Shown here one piece after another: positions 6,683 to 15,233 of a stretch of 64,000 nt of DNA. Within the stretch, counting starts at the first letter, position 1; each line of letters starts with the position of its first letter. The notes beneath the pieces were generated by a model. The model worked only from the letters and a program-made list of their open reading frames with translations. It did no database searches and was not told where the DNA came from. Origin of the DNA: a virus. Its lineage: Duplodnaviria > Caudoviricetes. The translations under genes were made by a program, and so were the position numbers. The stretch lies in IMG/VR virus record IMGVR_UViG_3300035208_008180. The stretch is one strand, 5' to 3'.

Positions 6683-6837
6683 TTGACCCTTAAAATAGCG
6701 AAACTTGGATGGGTTGGTTGTCTTAGGCGGTTGGGTAAAACCCAAACCCTCGACCAATGCTCCAAATCTCACTACCTCCTTTATATAGTACGTTCGAGAA
6801 AAAATCAAGCCCAAATTCCGAAAAATTTTTTTCTAAG

Positions 6838-6965
6838 TCCGACGACCCGGAATCGAACCGGCTATTACCCGAATGTTGCAACACCCAAAGTAACTTGAGC
6901 ATCAAGCCATTTCGCACCCAAAATCTACCCATATGTCTCGAATTTGGATACGTGCCTGTCATCGG
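6838..6965 (-). ncRNA. tRNA-like RNA with enlarged arms (128 nt)
   Basis: Acceptor CCGATGAC/GTCGTCGG-A, T-arm CCGG-TTCGATT-CCGG, three internal hairpins; own promoter at 6971-7000. Confidence 0.65.
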
Positions 6966-6970
6966 TCATC

Positions 6971-7000
6971 ATTATACTTCAGATTTCGCCGTTGTAAACC
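6971..7000 (-). promoter_or_regulatory. conserved sigma70-type phage promoter GTTTACA-N16-TATAAT
   Basis: GGTTTACAACGGCGAAATCTGAAGTATAAT; motif recurs at least 12 times in the window. Confidence 0.8.
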
Positions 7001-7007
7001 AAAAAAA

Positions 7008-7251
7008 ATGGCAGGTTGGGCTTGAGTACCAACTACGAACTTTGAACACCAATTTTTCGTTATTTCCCCAACGTATCAAGTGCCGTGTCTTCGTTGGGTC
7101 GGTGCCAGGGTCTAATCGCTTTGTCCTTTCCCTTGCGGGGAAGGCACGAAGTAGTCACCTACACTCACCGGGCACTACCGGATAGCTCGTGTCACCCAGT
7201 AGGCTTTCGCCTACCCTCATTGCGAAGCGTGTCCATCCACGCCGCTGCCAT
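7008..7251 (-). ncRNA. putative structured ncRNA (about 244 nt) with tRNA-like ends
   Basis: Closing stem ATGGCAG/CTGCCAT; D-like arm GCGTG-GATGGA-CACGC; T-like arm GTTGG..CCAAC; GNRA hairpins GTAGGC-GAAA-GCCTAC, GTAG-GTGA-CTAC, CCC-GCAA-GGG; promoter at 7277. Confidence 0.65.
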
Positions 7252-7276
7252 ACACCGAGGTGTATCTGACAATGCC

Positions 7277-7305
7277 ATTATACTTCAGTGCCTGGATTTG
7301 TAAAG
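7277..7305 (-). promoter_or_regulatory. conserved phage promoter
   Basis: CTTTACAAATCCAGGCACTGAAGTATAAT. Confidence 0.75.
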
Positions 7306-7514
7306 TCCGAATCCAGCCATTTGCAACATTCGTCAAAACCCTCAATGTGGAGGGATTGCTCTTCCTCTGTCAGTTCAACCTCTGGCGGTATTTTGACGGG
7401 CATTGGTCCAAAAAACGTATCTCGGAAAATGCCGGAAGAATTGATTTCATAGACAGCCCAAGCACCACCATAACCATCAGAGGTTATCTTGAGAATCCAT
7501 TCTTTTAATTTCAT
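7278..7514 (-). CDS. hypothetical protein
   Basis: 78-aa ORF. Confidence 0.5.
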   Translation of the reverse strand: MKLKEWILKITSDGYGGAWAVYEINSSGIFRDTFFGPMPVKIPPEVELTEEEQSLHIEGFDECCKWLDSDFTNPGTEV

Positions 7515-7535
7515 GATTTAATGTCCTAAAAGAAG

Positions 7536-7709
7536 CGTGGGGGGTAGGCATCGAACCTACGTCTTTGGTTCCGCAAACCACTGTCTTTACGCATCAATAT
7601 CCTTGCATCTTCTTTCCGACCAGCTTTCGTCGGATGTCCAAAACAACAATATCAATGCGTCCTGCCGTAGTATGTACACTTAGGCGGCAGCCAACTAAAC
7701 GACTCCCAC
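7536..7709 (-). tRNA. tRNA-Arg(GCG)-like gene with about 100-nt structured D-loop insertion
   Basis: GTGGGAG..CCCCCAC-G; D-stem GTTT/AGAC split by insert 7590-7690; TGGT-TTGCGGA-ACCA; GTAGG-TTCGATG-CCTAC. Confidence 0.7.
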
Positions 7710-7713
7710 ATAA

Positions 7714-8151
7714 TCAGTTGAAAGTTGCTGAGTCTACAAGTTTGGCAAGGACGCTCATTACGAATTGCTTGCTCATGCCCTCGGAGTCACAATGTGGTTT
7801 TCCATCTTTGAGATAAAAAACCACTTCTCCAAAGCCTGCCGAGACGGTGGCCCAATGTATCCCAAAGCTGCTTTCCAATTCAACTTTAGTTACATTCCAA
7901 TCAGGCTCTTTGCCAGTATTGATGGCATCCAACATGGAATCAAGAGCACTAGGGTCTTTTGCCTCAACTTTACCTTCCCGGCAAAGTCTGGCGATGTTTT
8001 GTCTTTCTTCTTCGCTAGCTTCTTGGGGCGACGGGCCAAAATATGTGTCTACCGTCTCTCTGAGAAATTGTTCGGTGGCTTCTGTGCCAATCAATTTCTC
8101 CAATTCACGCAATTCCTCAATAGGCTCTTCCTCAATAGGTTCATCACCCAT
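7714..8151 (-). CDS. hypothetical protein
   Basis: Acidic ORF overlapping the upstream stop. Confidence 0.55.
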   Translation of the reverse strand: MGDEPIEEEPIEELRELEKLIGTEATEQFLRETVDTYFGPSPQEASEEERQNIARLCREGKVEAKDPSALDSMLDAINTGKEPDWNVTKVELESSFGIHWATVSAGFGEVVFYLKDGKPHCDSEGMSKQFVMSVLAKLVDSATFN

Positions 8152-8410
8152 GATCTTTCCTTCCATATTCATTTAGTGTTCTGCGTCCCCGTGCTCGTTC
8201 TTCATAGTGGTCAAAACACATAGCCAGTGGTTGTTTGTCTTTATTCCACCACAACAACACATCAGCAGCTTTGCCGCAGATAACGGGTTCAGATTTGGGT
8301 CCATTAGAAAAATCAACGACAAACATACAGACATGTTCCTCTTTTGGAGGGACTGAAGTAACCCAATCTGGGTCTCCCGGCACCCGTTTGCGGTATCTGC
8401 GTTGTTTCAT
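8144..8410 (-). CDS. hypothetical protein (leaderless)
   Basis: ATG 6 nt after TATAAT of promoter 8417-8446. Confidence 0.55.
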   Translation of the reverse strand: MKQRRYRKRVPGDPDWVTSVPPKEEHVCMFVVDFSNGPKSEPVICGKAADVLLWWNKDKQPLAMCFDHYEERARGRRTLNEYGRKDHG

Positions 8411-8416
8411 ACAGGC

Positions 8417-8446
8417 ATTATACTTCAGAAAAGCCCGTTGTAAACC
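8417..8446 (-). promoter_or_regulatory. conserved phage promoter
   Basis: GGTTTACAACGGGCTTTTCTGAAGTATAAT. Confidence 0.8.
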
Positions 8447-8480
8447 CGTTAAATCTATGCCCCTACCCCCTAAATACAGT

Positions 8481-8717
8481 ATGGCAGAAGTTAAACCTAT
8501 TTTTGGCAGTGAAATCAAATACAGCAATGCCAATAACCAATTATCAAGATTACAGAATCTATTAAATCAAACAGTCAATATCACTCCTGTTTTGCCTCCA
8601 GTGAGCGGCATTATGGCATTAACAATAATTGAAAAATCAAACAATAAACTATCCCAATTACAAAGTCAATTAGATCACATACATAATATTGCCCAAAATG
8701 GGGCAACCAATGTCTGA
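8481..8717 (+). CDS. hypothetical protein (possible late gene)
   Basis: MAEVKPIFG.. after TAAATA; start trimmed from 8235. Confidence 0.45.
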   Translation: MAEVKPIFGSEIKYSNANNQLSRLQNLLNQTVNITPVLPPVSGIMALTIIEKSNNKLSQLQSQLDHIHNIAQNGATNV

Positions 8718-8731
8718 ATAAGTGGAGAAAC

Positions 8732-9073
8732 ATGGCCGACTACACAGCAACTGGAAAAATAACCATTAAAGGTTGTGCTCTTCCAATTAAAGTCACCGAA
8801 TATTATACATTTCCTTTTGGAATAGGGTCTGTACTCTATGTTATTGCCAAGGCACGAAAAGGCGTTTTAGAAAAAGTGGTAATAAAAAAAGTAAACCTTA
8901 CAGGCTTTGATGGCAAAGCCCCGGTCTACAATTATGTGGATACCACAAACCGAGTATGGTTTGAAAGAGAACTAACATGGCAATCCACAGCAATTGAACT
9001 TGCCACGAATTTTATAGAAACAGAGATCGCACAATATCAATGCGATGAGAATGTAGTAGTGTCCTACTCTTGA
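8732..9073 (+). CDS. hypothetical protein
   Basis: 113-aa ORF with GGAG RBS. Confidence 0.6.
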   Translation: MADYTATGKITIKGCALPIKVTEYYTFPFGIGSVLYVIAKARKGVLEKVVIKKVNLTGFDGKAPVYNYVDTTNRVWFERELTWQSTAIELATNFIETEIAQYQCDENVVVSYS

Positions 9074-10125
9074 TATTCCGGCAGCGGGCGAGCAACATAA
9101 GGAATGTCATAAAGCATCTGCAAACTCGCTGCTCCGTACAAGCTACCGTGTCCCAAAAGATTGACACAGAAGGAGCTACAGTCTGACGGAACAATAGCCT
9201 GAATTTCATTCACTTCTTGCAAAGCTCCACAAGGAACAATTTGTGTTGTTGTAGGAGCACCTTTCACATAAGTGTGGCCATGAAGCATGAAGTTGATGCG
9301 GGGAAACAATTTGTAAAGAGCCAGTTGAATTGGCGTGTCCACAGAGGGCTTATCTGTGCCGTAATAAGCGACATATCCCTCTGCTTTCTCAACGGCAACA
9401 AATCCGTCTCTATCAATCCCTCGCTTATCAATATTTCTTTTAGATACAAAAATTATTTGCTTGTGTCGAAAAGATGGAAATCCATTCAAGCAACGAAATG
9501 ATACATTGCCCAAAAATCTTTCCGTTTCGGCGGCAACAAGCTCATGAAATCTCTGAGCGTGTCTACGCACCATATCAAAAAATTCTGTTTGCCACTCTGT
9601 TTCTGGGAACGGGATGGCTTCGCCAATCCGCATACTGGGCTGTCTTGTAAAGCCTCGTAGCACACTAAGACGTTTGAACAATGCCGATGCCAACACAGCA
9701 ATGGAGGGAGTTTGTTTAAGAAAGCAATTGCCGAGAGGGTCTAAAACAGCGGCAGAAACAAAACCATTGTTCTTTTGAAGCTCTATCAACAAATTACTTT
9801 TTGTTTGCAGGGCTCTAGAAACCAGATGCAAAGGGCCATACTTACTGGCATCGTTTCGCTTGGATGTCACCAACATGCAAGTTGGATGATTCTTTTTGAT
9901 TTCCCTAACCAATTTGGGTTTGTCATTAGGAACATCGGCAAGCCAAAAAATGGTATCAAAATCCCTGAATACAATTCTTTCCAAATCTTCGAACTTGCCA
10001 CCATTGTAGAATTGATACTCTAAAACACTCCCTTGTCGCAAACACTCATCGACAAACTTCCTGCCATAGGAAGATGGCCGTCCACCCGAATCGTCATAGG
10101 TGCCTACAACAAAAAGTGTTTTCAT
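9064..10125 (-). CDS. class II aldolase/adducin-like domain protein
   Basis: C-terminal KPSVDTPIQLALY..MLHGH..NLLGHG metal-binding pattern. Confidence 0.65.
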   Translation of the reverse strand: MKTLFVVGTYDDSGGRPSSYGRKFVDECLRQGSVLEYQFYNGGKFEDLERIVFRDFDTIFWLADVPNDKPKLVREIKKNHPTCMLVTSKRNDASKYGPLHLVSRALQTKSNLLIELQKNNGFVSAAVLDPLGNCFLKQTPSIAVLASALFKRLSVLRGFTRQPSMRIGEAIPFPETEWQTEFFDMVRRHAQRFHELVAAETERFLGNVSFRCLNGFPSFRHKQIIFVSKRNIDKRGIDRDGFVAVEKAEGYVAYYGTDKPSVDTPIQLALYKLFPRINFMLHGHTYVKGAPTTTQIVPCGALQEVNEIQAIVPSDCSSFCVNLLGHGSLYGAASLQMLYDIPYVARPLPEYQE

Positions 10126-10607
10126 CAGAATTCATCAATTATGTCATCAACATCCTTGCCGTATTCATCTGCCACTGCCTGGGCTCGATTGAGGAATTTT
10201 TCCATTTTTGCGTGGAGTGCATCGGCGGCTTTTTTGACTTCTTTGTTATCACGCAAAATATCTGCTGCGTCTGGCATATCGTTTACATTGATATCCAGTT
10301 CGATATCCTCTTCAAAATCGCCCGAGTGACCATTACAATCAATTTGTACCTCAAGCTCTGTGGGGTAAGTAATTGTAAGATATTCCGTATCTTGCGTGTC
10401 ACTCCACAATTCACGCAACTCATCCATTACATTTTCAGGAATTTCCCTCTCTTCTTCACCCGTCGTCAGCACAATCCCACCATCCTCTTCTTCACAGTGG
10501 CATCGATGATCTTTGGGGGTTCCCAATAGTTTTTGACCAGCATCGATAATGGATTGCAATTGATCTTTGGGCAATCCCTTCAATAACGCAAGCAGTGTGT
10601 CGTCCAT
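10125..10607 (-). CDS. hypothetical acidic protein
   Basis: 160-aa ORF with AGGAG RBS. Confidence 0.6.
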   Translation of the reverse strand: MDDTLLALLKGLPKDQLQSIIDAGQKLLGTPKDHRCHCEEEDGGIVLTTGEEEREIPENVMDELRELWSDTQDTEYLTITYPTELEVQIDCNGHSGDFEEDIELDINVNDMPDAADILRDNKEVKKAADALHAKMEKFLNRAQAVADEYGKDVDDIIDEF

Positions 10608-10616
10608 CTTTATCTC

Positions 10617-11801
10617 CTAGTATGACCAACGGCGACCATAGCCACCATTACCTGTCGGGTTATTCTCATCAAATTGATTAAATATTGACCAAGTTGAGCA
10701 ACCAGCCGTAATCAAAAGCGTAACAATGTATGTGGTCCAAATTGACCACATGGGTGGATCAACTGTCAAATAGCTAAAATCTTTGAAATGCTTTCTGGCA
10801 AATTGTTTGCAGGATTCGTTGCTCATATACACGGCTGCATCCATCAAATCCAGCTTCTTCTGCCCCAGTATGTGTTGCCGCACATCGATTTTGAGCCGTT
10901 CACTTTCCGTCCATGAAAAAACATAGCACCATTTGATTTCTTGCTTCGCATTAGTGCCAATGCAAACTACCAATTCATTTTTATTGCCCCCCATCCACAA
11001 CGACTCTTGATCGATGGCGGTTTGCAAAGATTTGTCATTGTAAACTAAAATCCACATTCGAATTTGTTTCTCTTGTCCCAATTCAGCATTACGGGTGCAA
11101 AGAAAACGATTTGCGGGATCGCTCTCGGACACCCCCAAAATGCTGGGCACATTAGTTTCATCTTCTAGGCTGGGATAATCAAATAAGTCTGTTTTATCTT
11201 CTATCTTGGGGAATTTGAAAACAGAGTGCGAGGCTTGCACACGATTTTCATATTGATGGGAAGTTGTCAACACAATCATTGTGTCTCTTTTTTGATCCCA
11301 ATTCGTCCAATTGATTCCACCATCGCCACGGGAAGTTTGATTGACATGAATCACATTTTGATGATGCTTATTGTGCCACAGCTTTGTTAACTGATGGTAA
11401 TAATCACGGCTGATGCTTCGGGTAAGTCCGTTGTTGTCAACCATCCAAAACTCATCAGGGTGGTGGACAATGCGGTGTTCCCAATGAGCGGGAACATCCA
11501 CAACATAACGACTCGTTTGATTCTTGCCACTTCCGCTATATTCAGTATGCCCTTGTTCGGGGATATATTCGTCCCACTCCTCTGTCCATCGCTCTTGGAA
11601 TTTGGCTTGCGTAACATAGCCAGTCCAATATTCCGTATCGGCAGTAAGACAGGTTTCCACACCACATTTCATCAAAGCGATGAAGATGAGGCATACCCCC
11701 ACTGGAATAAGCAATTCCCACCATACAATTAGGTGTTTAAACCCGAAGTACAGGAAAGGGGCAGCCAGAATGGGGATTATCAGGGCAAACCAAATTATCA
11801 T
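10617..11801 (-). CDS. membrane protein (two N-terminal TM, one C-terminal TM)
   Basis: Hydrophobic segments; WMGGNKNELVVCIG motif; ATG 11801 after GGAGGT and promoter 11817-11846. Confidence 0.7.
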   Translation of the reverse strand: MIIWFALIIPILAAPFLYFGFKHLIVWWELLIPVGVCLIFIALMKCGVETCLTADTEYWTGYVTQAKFQERWTEEWDEYIPEQGHTEYSGSGKNQTSRYVVDVPAHWEHRIVHHPDEFWMVDNNGLTRSISRDYYHQLTKLWHNKHHQNVIHVNQTSRGDGGINWTNWDQKRDTMIVLTTSHQYENRVQASHSVFKFPKIEDKTDLFDYPSLEDETNVPSILGVSESDPANRFLCTRNAELGQEKQIRMWILVYNDKSLQTAIDQESLWMGGNKNELVVCIGTNAKQEIKWCYVFSWTESERLKIDVRQHILGQKKLDLMDAAVYMSNESCKQFARKHFKDFSYLTVDPPMWSIWTTYIVTLLITAGCSTWSIFNQFDENNPTGNGGYGRRWSY

Positions 11802-11816
11802 TTTCACCTCCACAAC

Positions 11817-11846
11817 ATTATACTTCAGGAATGGAGGTTGTAAACT
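11817..11846 (-). promoter_or_regulatory. conserved phage promoter
   Basis: AGTTTACAACCTCCATTCCTGAAGTATAAT. Confidence 0.75.
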
Positions 11847-12458
11847 CAATCGTGGTGGTCATCAGGCCCCTTACACGAGCTTTCCGATGATATTTCCATA
11901 CTGATGTCTACAAGCATCCCAGCATCTTCGCAGGCTTTTAATACTGCCTGGGAGAAATTGCCCAAAGCAATTACCAAAAATGCTGGTAAATTTCCGTTTG
12001 AAACCACGTCCTTATTTTTGGCAAATTGACGCACAGATATCGATAATTCTGTTGCTTCCTTCATTTTCATTTCCTTCACGATTAATGCCAATGAGTAAAG
12101 ACATGCAACCCTACATCAAATGGCGGCAAAGTGATGCCCAGTTTCTCGGCTTCTTTTTTAATTGCTGCAATAATTGCAATTCTTTTCACACCAATAACAG
12201 ATTGCAGCGTTTCAACTTCAAAACTAACTTCTATTCCTTCGCTTTCTTCCCTTGCTTTTGCAATCACTTCACCAAAGTAAATATAATTGCCATTCATGCC
12301 ATCCGTCACCAGTGTCAGTCCATTGCAACTAGTGACTTTATCCTGGTATGCGTTGTCATCGTATGGCTCAGTTAGCTCATAGTCGTCATCGGGAGTCTCG
12401 AACTCATTGTATTTGAATTTGGCTCCAAACATCACATATTCACAACGATGGCAACCCA

Positions 12459-12734
12459 TTATTTGACTCCCAGACAAGCACATATAATGTTGGTTATTGT
12501 TGCCAATTGATCGTAAGTCTCTGAGTCCATTGTGAACTCCTCGATCCCACAACCAAGATAACCTTCCTCATCTTTTCTGGGATCATCCTTGAAATAAAAA
12601 TCAATATCTTGATATTCGCCATTATGGTGAAGTACCACCACATCGTGAAGATTTGGGCAAACCTTCAAAATCACATACATGGCGTGTTCGCCCAAATCAA
12701 TCAAATGAGATTTGGTGCAATCATCAAGATTCAT
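12459..12734 (-). CDS. hypothetical protein
   Basis: 91-aa ORF in a coupled run. Confidence 0.5.
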   Translation of the reverse strand: MNLDDCTKSHLIDLGEHAMYVILKVCPNLHDVVVLHHNGEYQDIDFYFKDDPRKDEEGYLGCGIEEFTMDSETYDQLATITNIICACLGVK

Positions 12735-13174
12735 TATCCCAACTCCCCGGCAATGGCTTCCAACTCAAGCTCAGCCCGCAGTTCGGGGCTGATAATTGCA
12801 TTCAATCGCCCTTCAAGTGTTTCTAGAGACTTTTTCTTAGAAGCAATTTGAACCTTGTTGATTCTTGCCTTGATGTCTGCAACCCAGTCCGAAACTGAAA
12901 AACCATCCCACGTAAACAATGGGGCGTCTACCTCCATAGCAGCCGCAGCCGTTGCATACGTGCGTTCTTTGTCCATTAAAAATGCAGCCATACCAATGAG
13001 GTTCTTCACACTCGCCTCAACATGAATATTGGTGCGACCTGCCACATTGCCTTCAATGTAGCCAAATGAACAATTGGTAATCCAATTGGGTTTTTCAATC
13101 TTGGAAATCTCTTCCTTCCTCCGCTTGACTTCCTTGATTAGGTCAAGTGTTTTCTGATCTGTTTTCTTAGCCAT
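12734..13174 (-). CDS. hypothetical phage protein
   Basis: Start MAKKTDQ after AGGAG; coiled-coil character. Confidence 0.6.
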   Translation of the reverse strand: MAKKTDQKTLDLIKEVKRRKEEISKIEKPNWITNCSFGYIEGNVAGRTNIHVEASVKNLIGMAAFLMDKERTYATAAAAMEVDAPLFTWDGFSVSDWVADIKARINKVQIASKKKSLETLEGRLNAIISPELRAELELEAIAGELG

Positions 13175-14279
13175 CTGCTTCTCCTTCTTGTAATAGGCGA
13201 CGTTCTGAAAATCTAAACTGAGAACCACTTTCCAACTCTACATACAAATGCAAATTTGTTGGCTCAATCCAAGACTCACTGCCACAACGGCGTTGATCTC
13301 CTGGTCGGTAAGTATAGCGACTATTCCATTCGTGGTGCAACACACCGTCTTTGAGAAAAACTCTCTCTCTAGTCTCCACATAATCTACTTTTGTGGGATC
13401 ATCATATTTGTAGTGTGTCGCACACTCCACATACTCTTCATTGGGAAGTTTTGCAAACCAAAAATCGTAATCCCAGTAATTTTTTCTGGGTTTTGGAGCG
13501 TATTCTTTTGTAAATAATCTTGCGACTTTGCTGCCGTAGATAGATTTGGCAAACTTGTCCATAAGTTCAGCATAATTCGGCACAGGTGTTGACGAATTAC
13601 AAACTGCCAAAGATTTTACATTATCCAACAGCACAAAATCTTCCTTGCCAACTTTGACAAACACCCACTTCTTGAGAGGTGTTTTATTAGATGGAAAACC
13701 CTTATGGTCCAATTCCACAGTATAATGGCAATCGAACTTGCCCAAATAAATCAGAACCCCCTGTTTCTTCGTTGTGTAAGATGCCCCCGGAATCAAATCC
13801 TTGGCCTTAACACCCTGCCCCTGAAGCTCGGTGAAATTCTGCGAATTTTTATAATCCTGAGAACATGCGGGCAGCAAAACCAACTCCGTCCCATCCCAAG
13901 CAAAAACAAACTTTCCTTCAAGTCCTTTGCCCCGACTACAATCGCATTCCCGCAGAATGAAAAGCAAATTAGCAACTGAAATTTCAAACTCGAAATCTCG
14001 GGGATCATACACCCGAATATATTCATTGCGAGCATTCCAACCATATGAATGTCGGGCTCCTCCTACACCCTTATTCAAAACAAACCCTTCGGTTGGCACA
14101 TTGGAACACTCAATTGGATCAATCTTTTTATCCCGCCAAGACTGCCAAGATTTCTCTTTCCTGAGAACGCCTTTCTGGTCATAATAAATCACATATGCCA
14201 ATTTCTTGGTATAGGTGCCCTCCCTATTTTGGAAGCCCACCTTGATTTTCTCTGGAATGAATAGCTGTTTTTGATCCAT
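13167..14279 (-). CDS. hypothetical phage protein
   Basis: 370-aa ORF with RBS; RVYDPRDFEFEI motif; no function recognised. Confidence 0.7.
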   Translation of the reverse strand: MDQKQLFIPEKIKVGFQNREGTYTKKLAYVIYYDQKGVLRKEKSWQSWRDKKIDPIECSNVPTEGFVLNKGVGGARHSYGWNARNEYIRVYDPRDFEFEISVANLLFILRECDCSRGKGLEGKFVFAWDGTELVLLPACSQDYKNSQNFTELQGQGVKAKDLIPGASYTTKKQGVLIYLGKFDCHYTVELDHKGFPSNKTPLKKWVFVKVGKEDFVLLDNVKSLAVCNSSTPVPNYAELMDKFAKSIYGSKVARLFTKEYAPKPRKNYWDYDFWFAKLPNEEYVECATHYKYDDPTKVDYVETRERVFLKDGVLHHEWNSRYTYRPGDQRRCGSESWIEPTNLHLYVELESGSQFRFSERRLLQEGEADG

Positions 14280-14282
14280 GAT

Positions 14283-14618
14283 TTACTCTCCTTGTGAAAT
14301 TACGCTGGCATATTTTTTACGAAGCTGTGCTATTCGTTCCATTTGCTCAGGGGTCCAGGGCTCCATCGGCTTGCATATTTTCCCCAATACATCCAGACAA
14401 ATAGCCAGCCGTGCCATATCCTCTGTGCATTCGCTGCCAGTAACGGCGGCAACTTCCTTGACATACTGATCGATATCAGCTTGTTTTATATCGGCTTCAA
14501 ACACATCTGTAAGAGCGAGCCAATTGTCAAGAAGGTAGCTCAAGAAAAAATGTTTGGTTTTTTCCCGCAAATCAAAACAAAATCGATCTTGCACCGTTTT
14601 TATAAATGCTTCTTTCAT
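14283..14618 (-). CDS. hypothetical protein
   Basis: ATGA-coupled ORF. Confidence 0.55.
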   Translation of the reverse strand: MKEAFIKTVQDRFCFDLREKTKHFFLSYLLDNWLALTDVFEADIKQADIDQYVKEVAAVTGSECTEDMARLAICLDVLGKICKPMEPWTPEQMERIAQLRKKYASVISQGE

Positions 14619-14929
14619 TTTGCACCTATGTTGTCATCTGCGGCTTGGTAAATACAATATCCGTATTTCCTACCCTTGTATTTCCATGCCTTGCTTTTAA
14701 TTTTCGTTTCGCTCACACAGAATTGTCCAACGTAGCGAGGGCGATGATTCTTGCGATGTTCGATGACTATGAAATTGCCATCATCTTTGGTGTTTCCAAC
14801 AGGATGATACGCTAGACCCGCCAAATCAGTGGAGAACATTTCATGATCGTTAAAAAAATCCGACAACACATCATGGAAATCGTGAACCCAAACATCACCC
14901 TTTTTTGTTGCTTTATGTGGAAATTTCAT
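14615..14929 (-). CDS. hypothetical protein
   Basis: 104-aa ORF with GAGG RBS. Confidence 0.55.
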   Translation of the reverse strand: MKFPHKATKKGDVWVHDFHDVLSDFFNDHEMFSTDLAGLAYHPVGNTKDDGNFIVIEHRKNHRPRYVGQFCVSETKIKSKAWKYKGRKYGYCIYQAADDNIGAK

Positions 14930-14930
14930 T

Positions 14931-15233
14931 TCATACCTCGAAAGAAACAGCCGCCCGTTTGGGCTTATCCATCATATGTCTTCGCTCACAATATTTTATA
15001 TCAAAAGCGTTTGCAATTATTTCTTTTTGTTCTTTCCATTCTAAATGCTCAAGTTTATTTTCTGTGTCTCCCCAAAACTTTGGCCAATCAATATGATAAG
15101 CAACGAATGTTAATTCAGCCAAATGCTGAATTACTCGTTTTTGAATTTTCCACTCGGGCCAAGTTACATGACTTTCATACGAAGTCATCCATGCGTCAAA
15201 TACCCCAAAAATATGTTCCCATTTTTTATCCAT
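14931..15233 (-). CDS. hypothetical protein
   Basis: 100-aa coupled ORF. Confidence 0.55.
   Translation of the reverse strand: MDKKWEHIFGVFDAWMTSYESHVTWPEWKIQKRVIQHLAELTFVAYHIDWPKFWGDTENKLEHLEWKEQKEIIANAFDIKYCERRHMMDKPKRAAVSFEV

Larger units (their letters stand above)
6490..6690 (-). promoter_or_regulatory. leader-peptide transcription attenuator of tRNA array A
   Basis: Leader ORF, then mutually exclusive helices CCCTGAGC:GCTCAGGG, GGCTCAGGG:CCTTGAGCC and CTTGAGCCGG:CCGGATCAAG, then terminator. Confidence 0.75.

Noticed and set aside
7008-7251. Full-length tmRNA or group I intron
   Set aside because: No G3.U70 acceptor or canonical T-loop, no tag ORF recognised, and no group I core sequences found.
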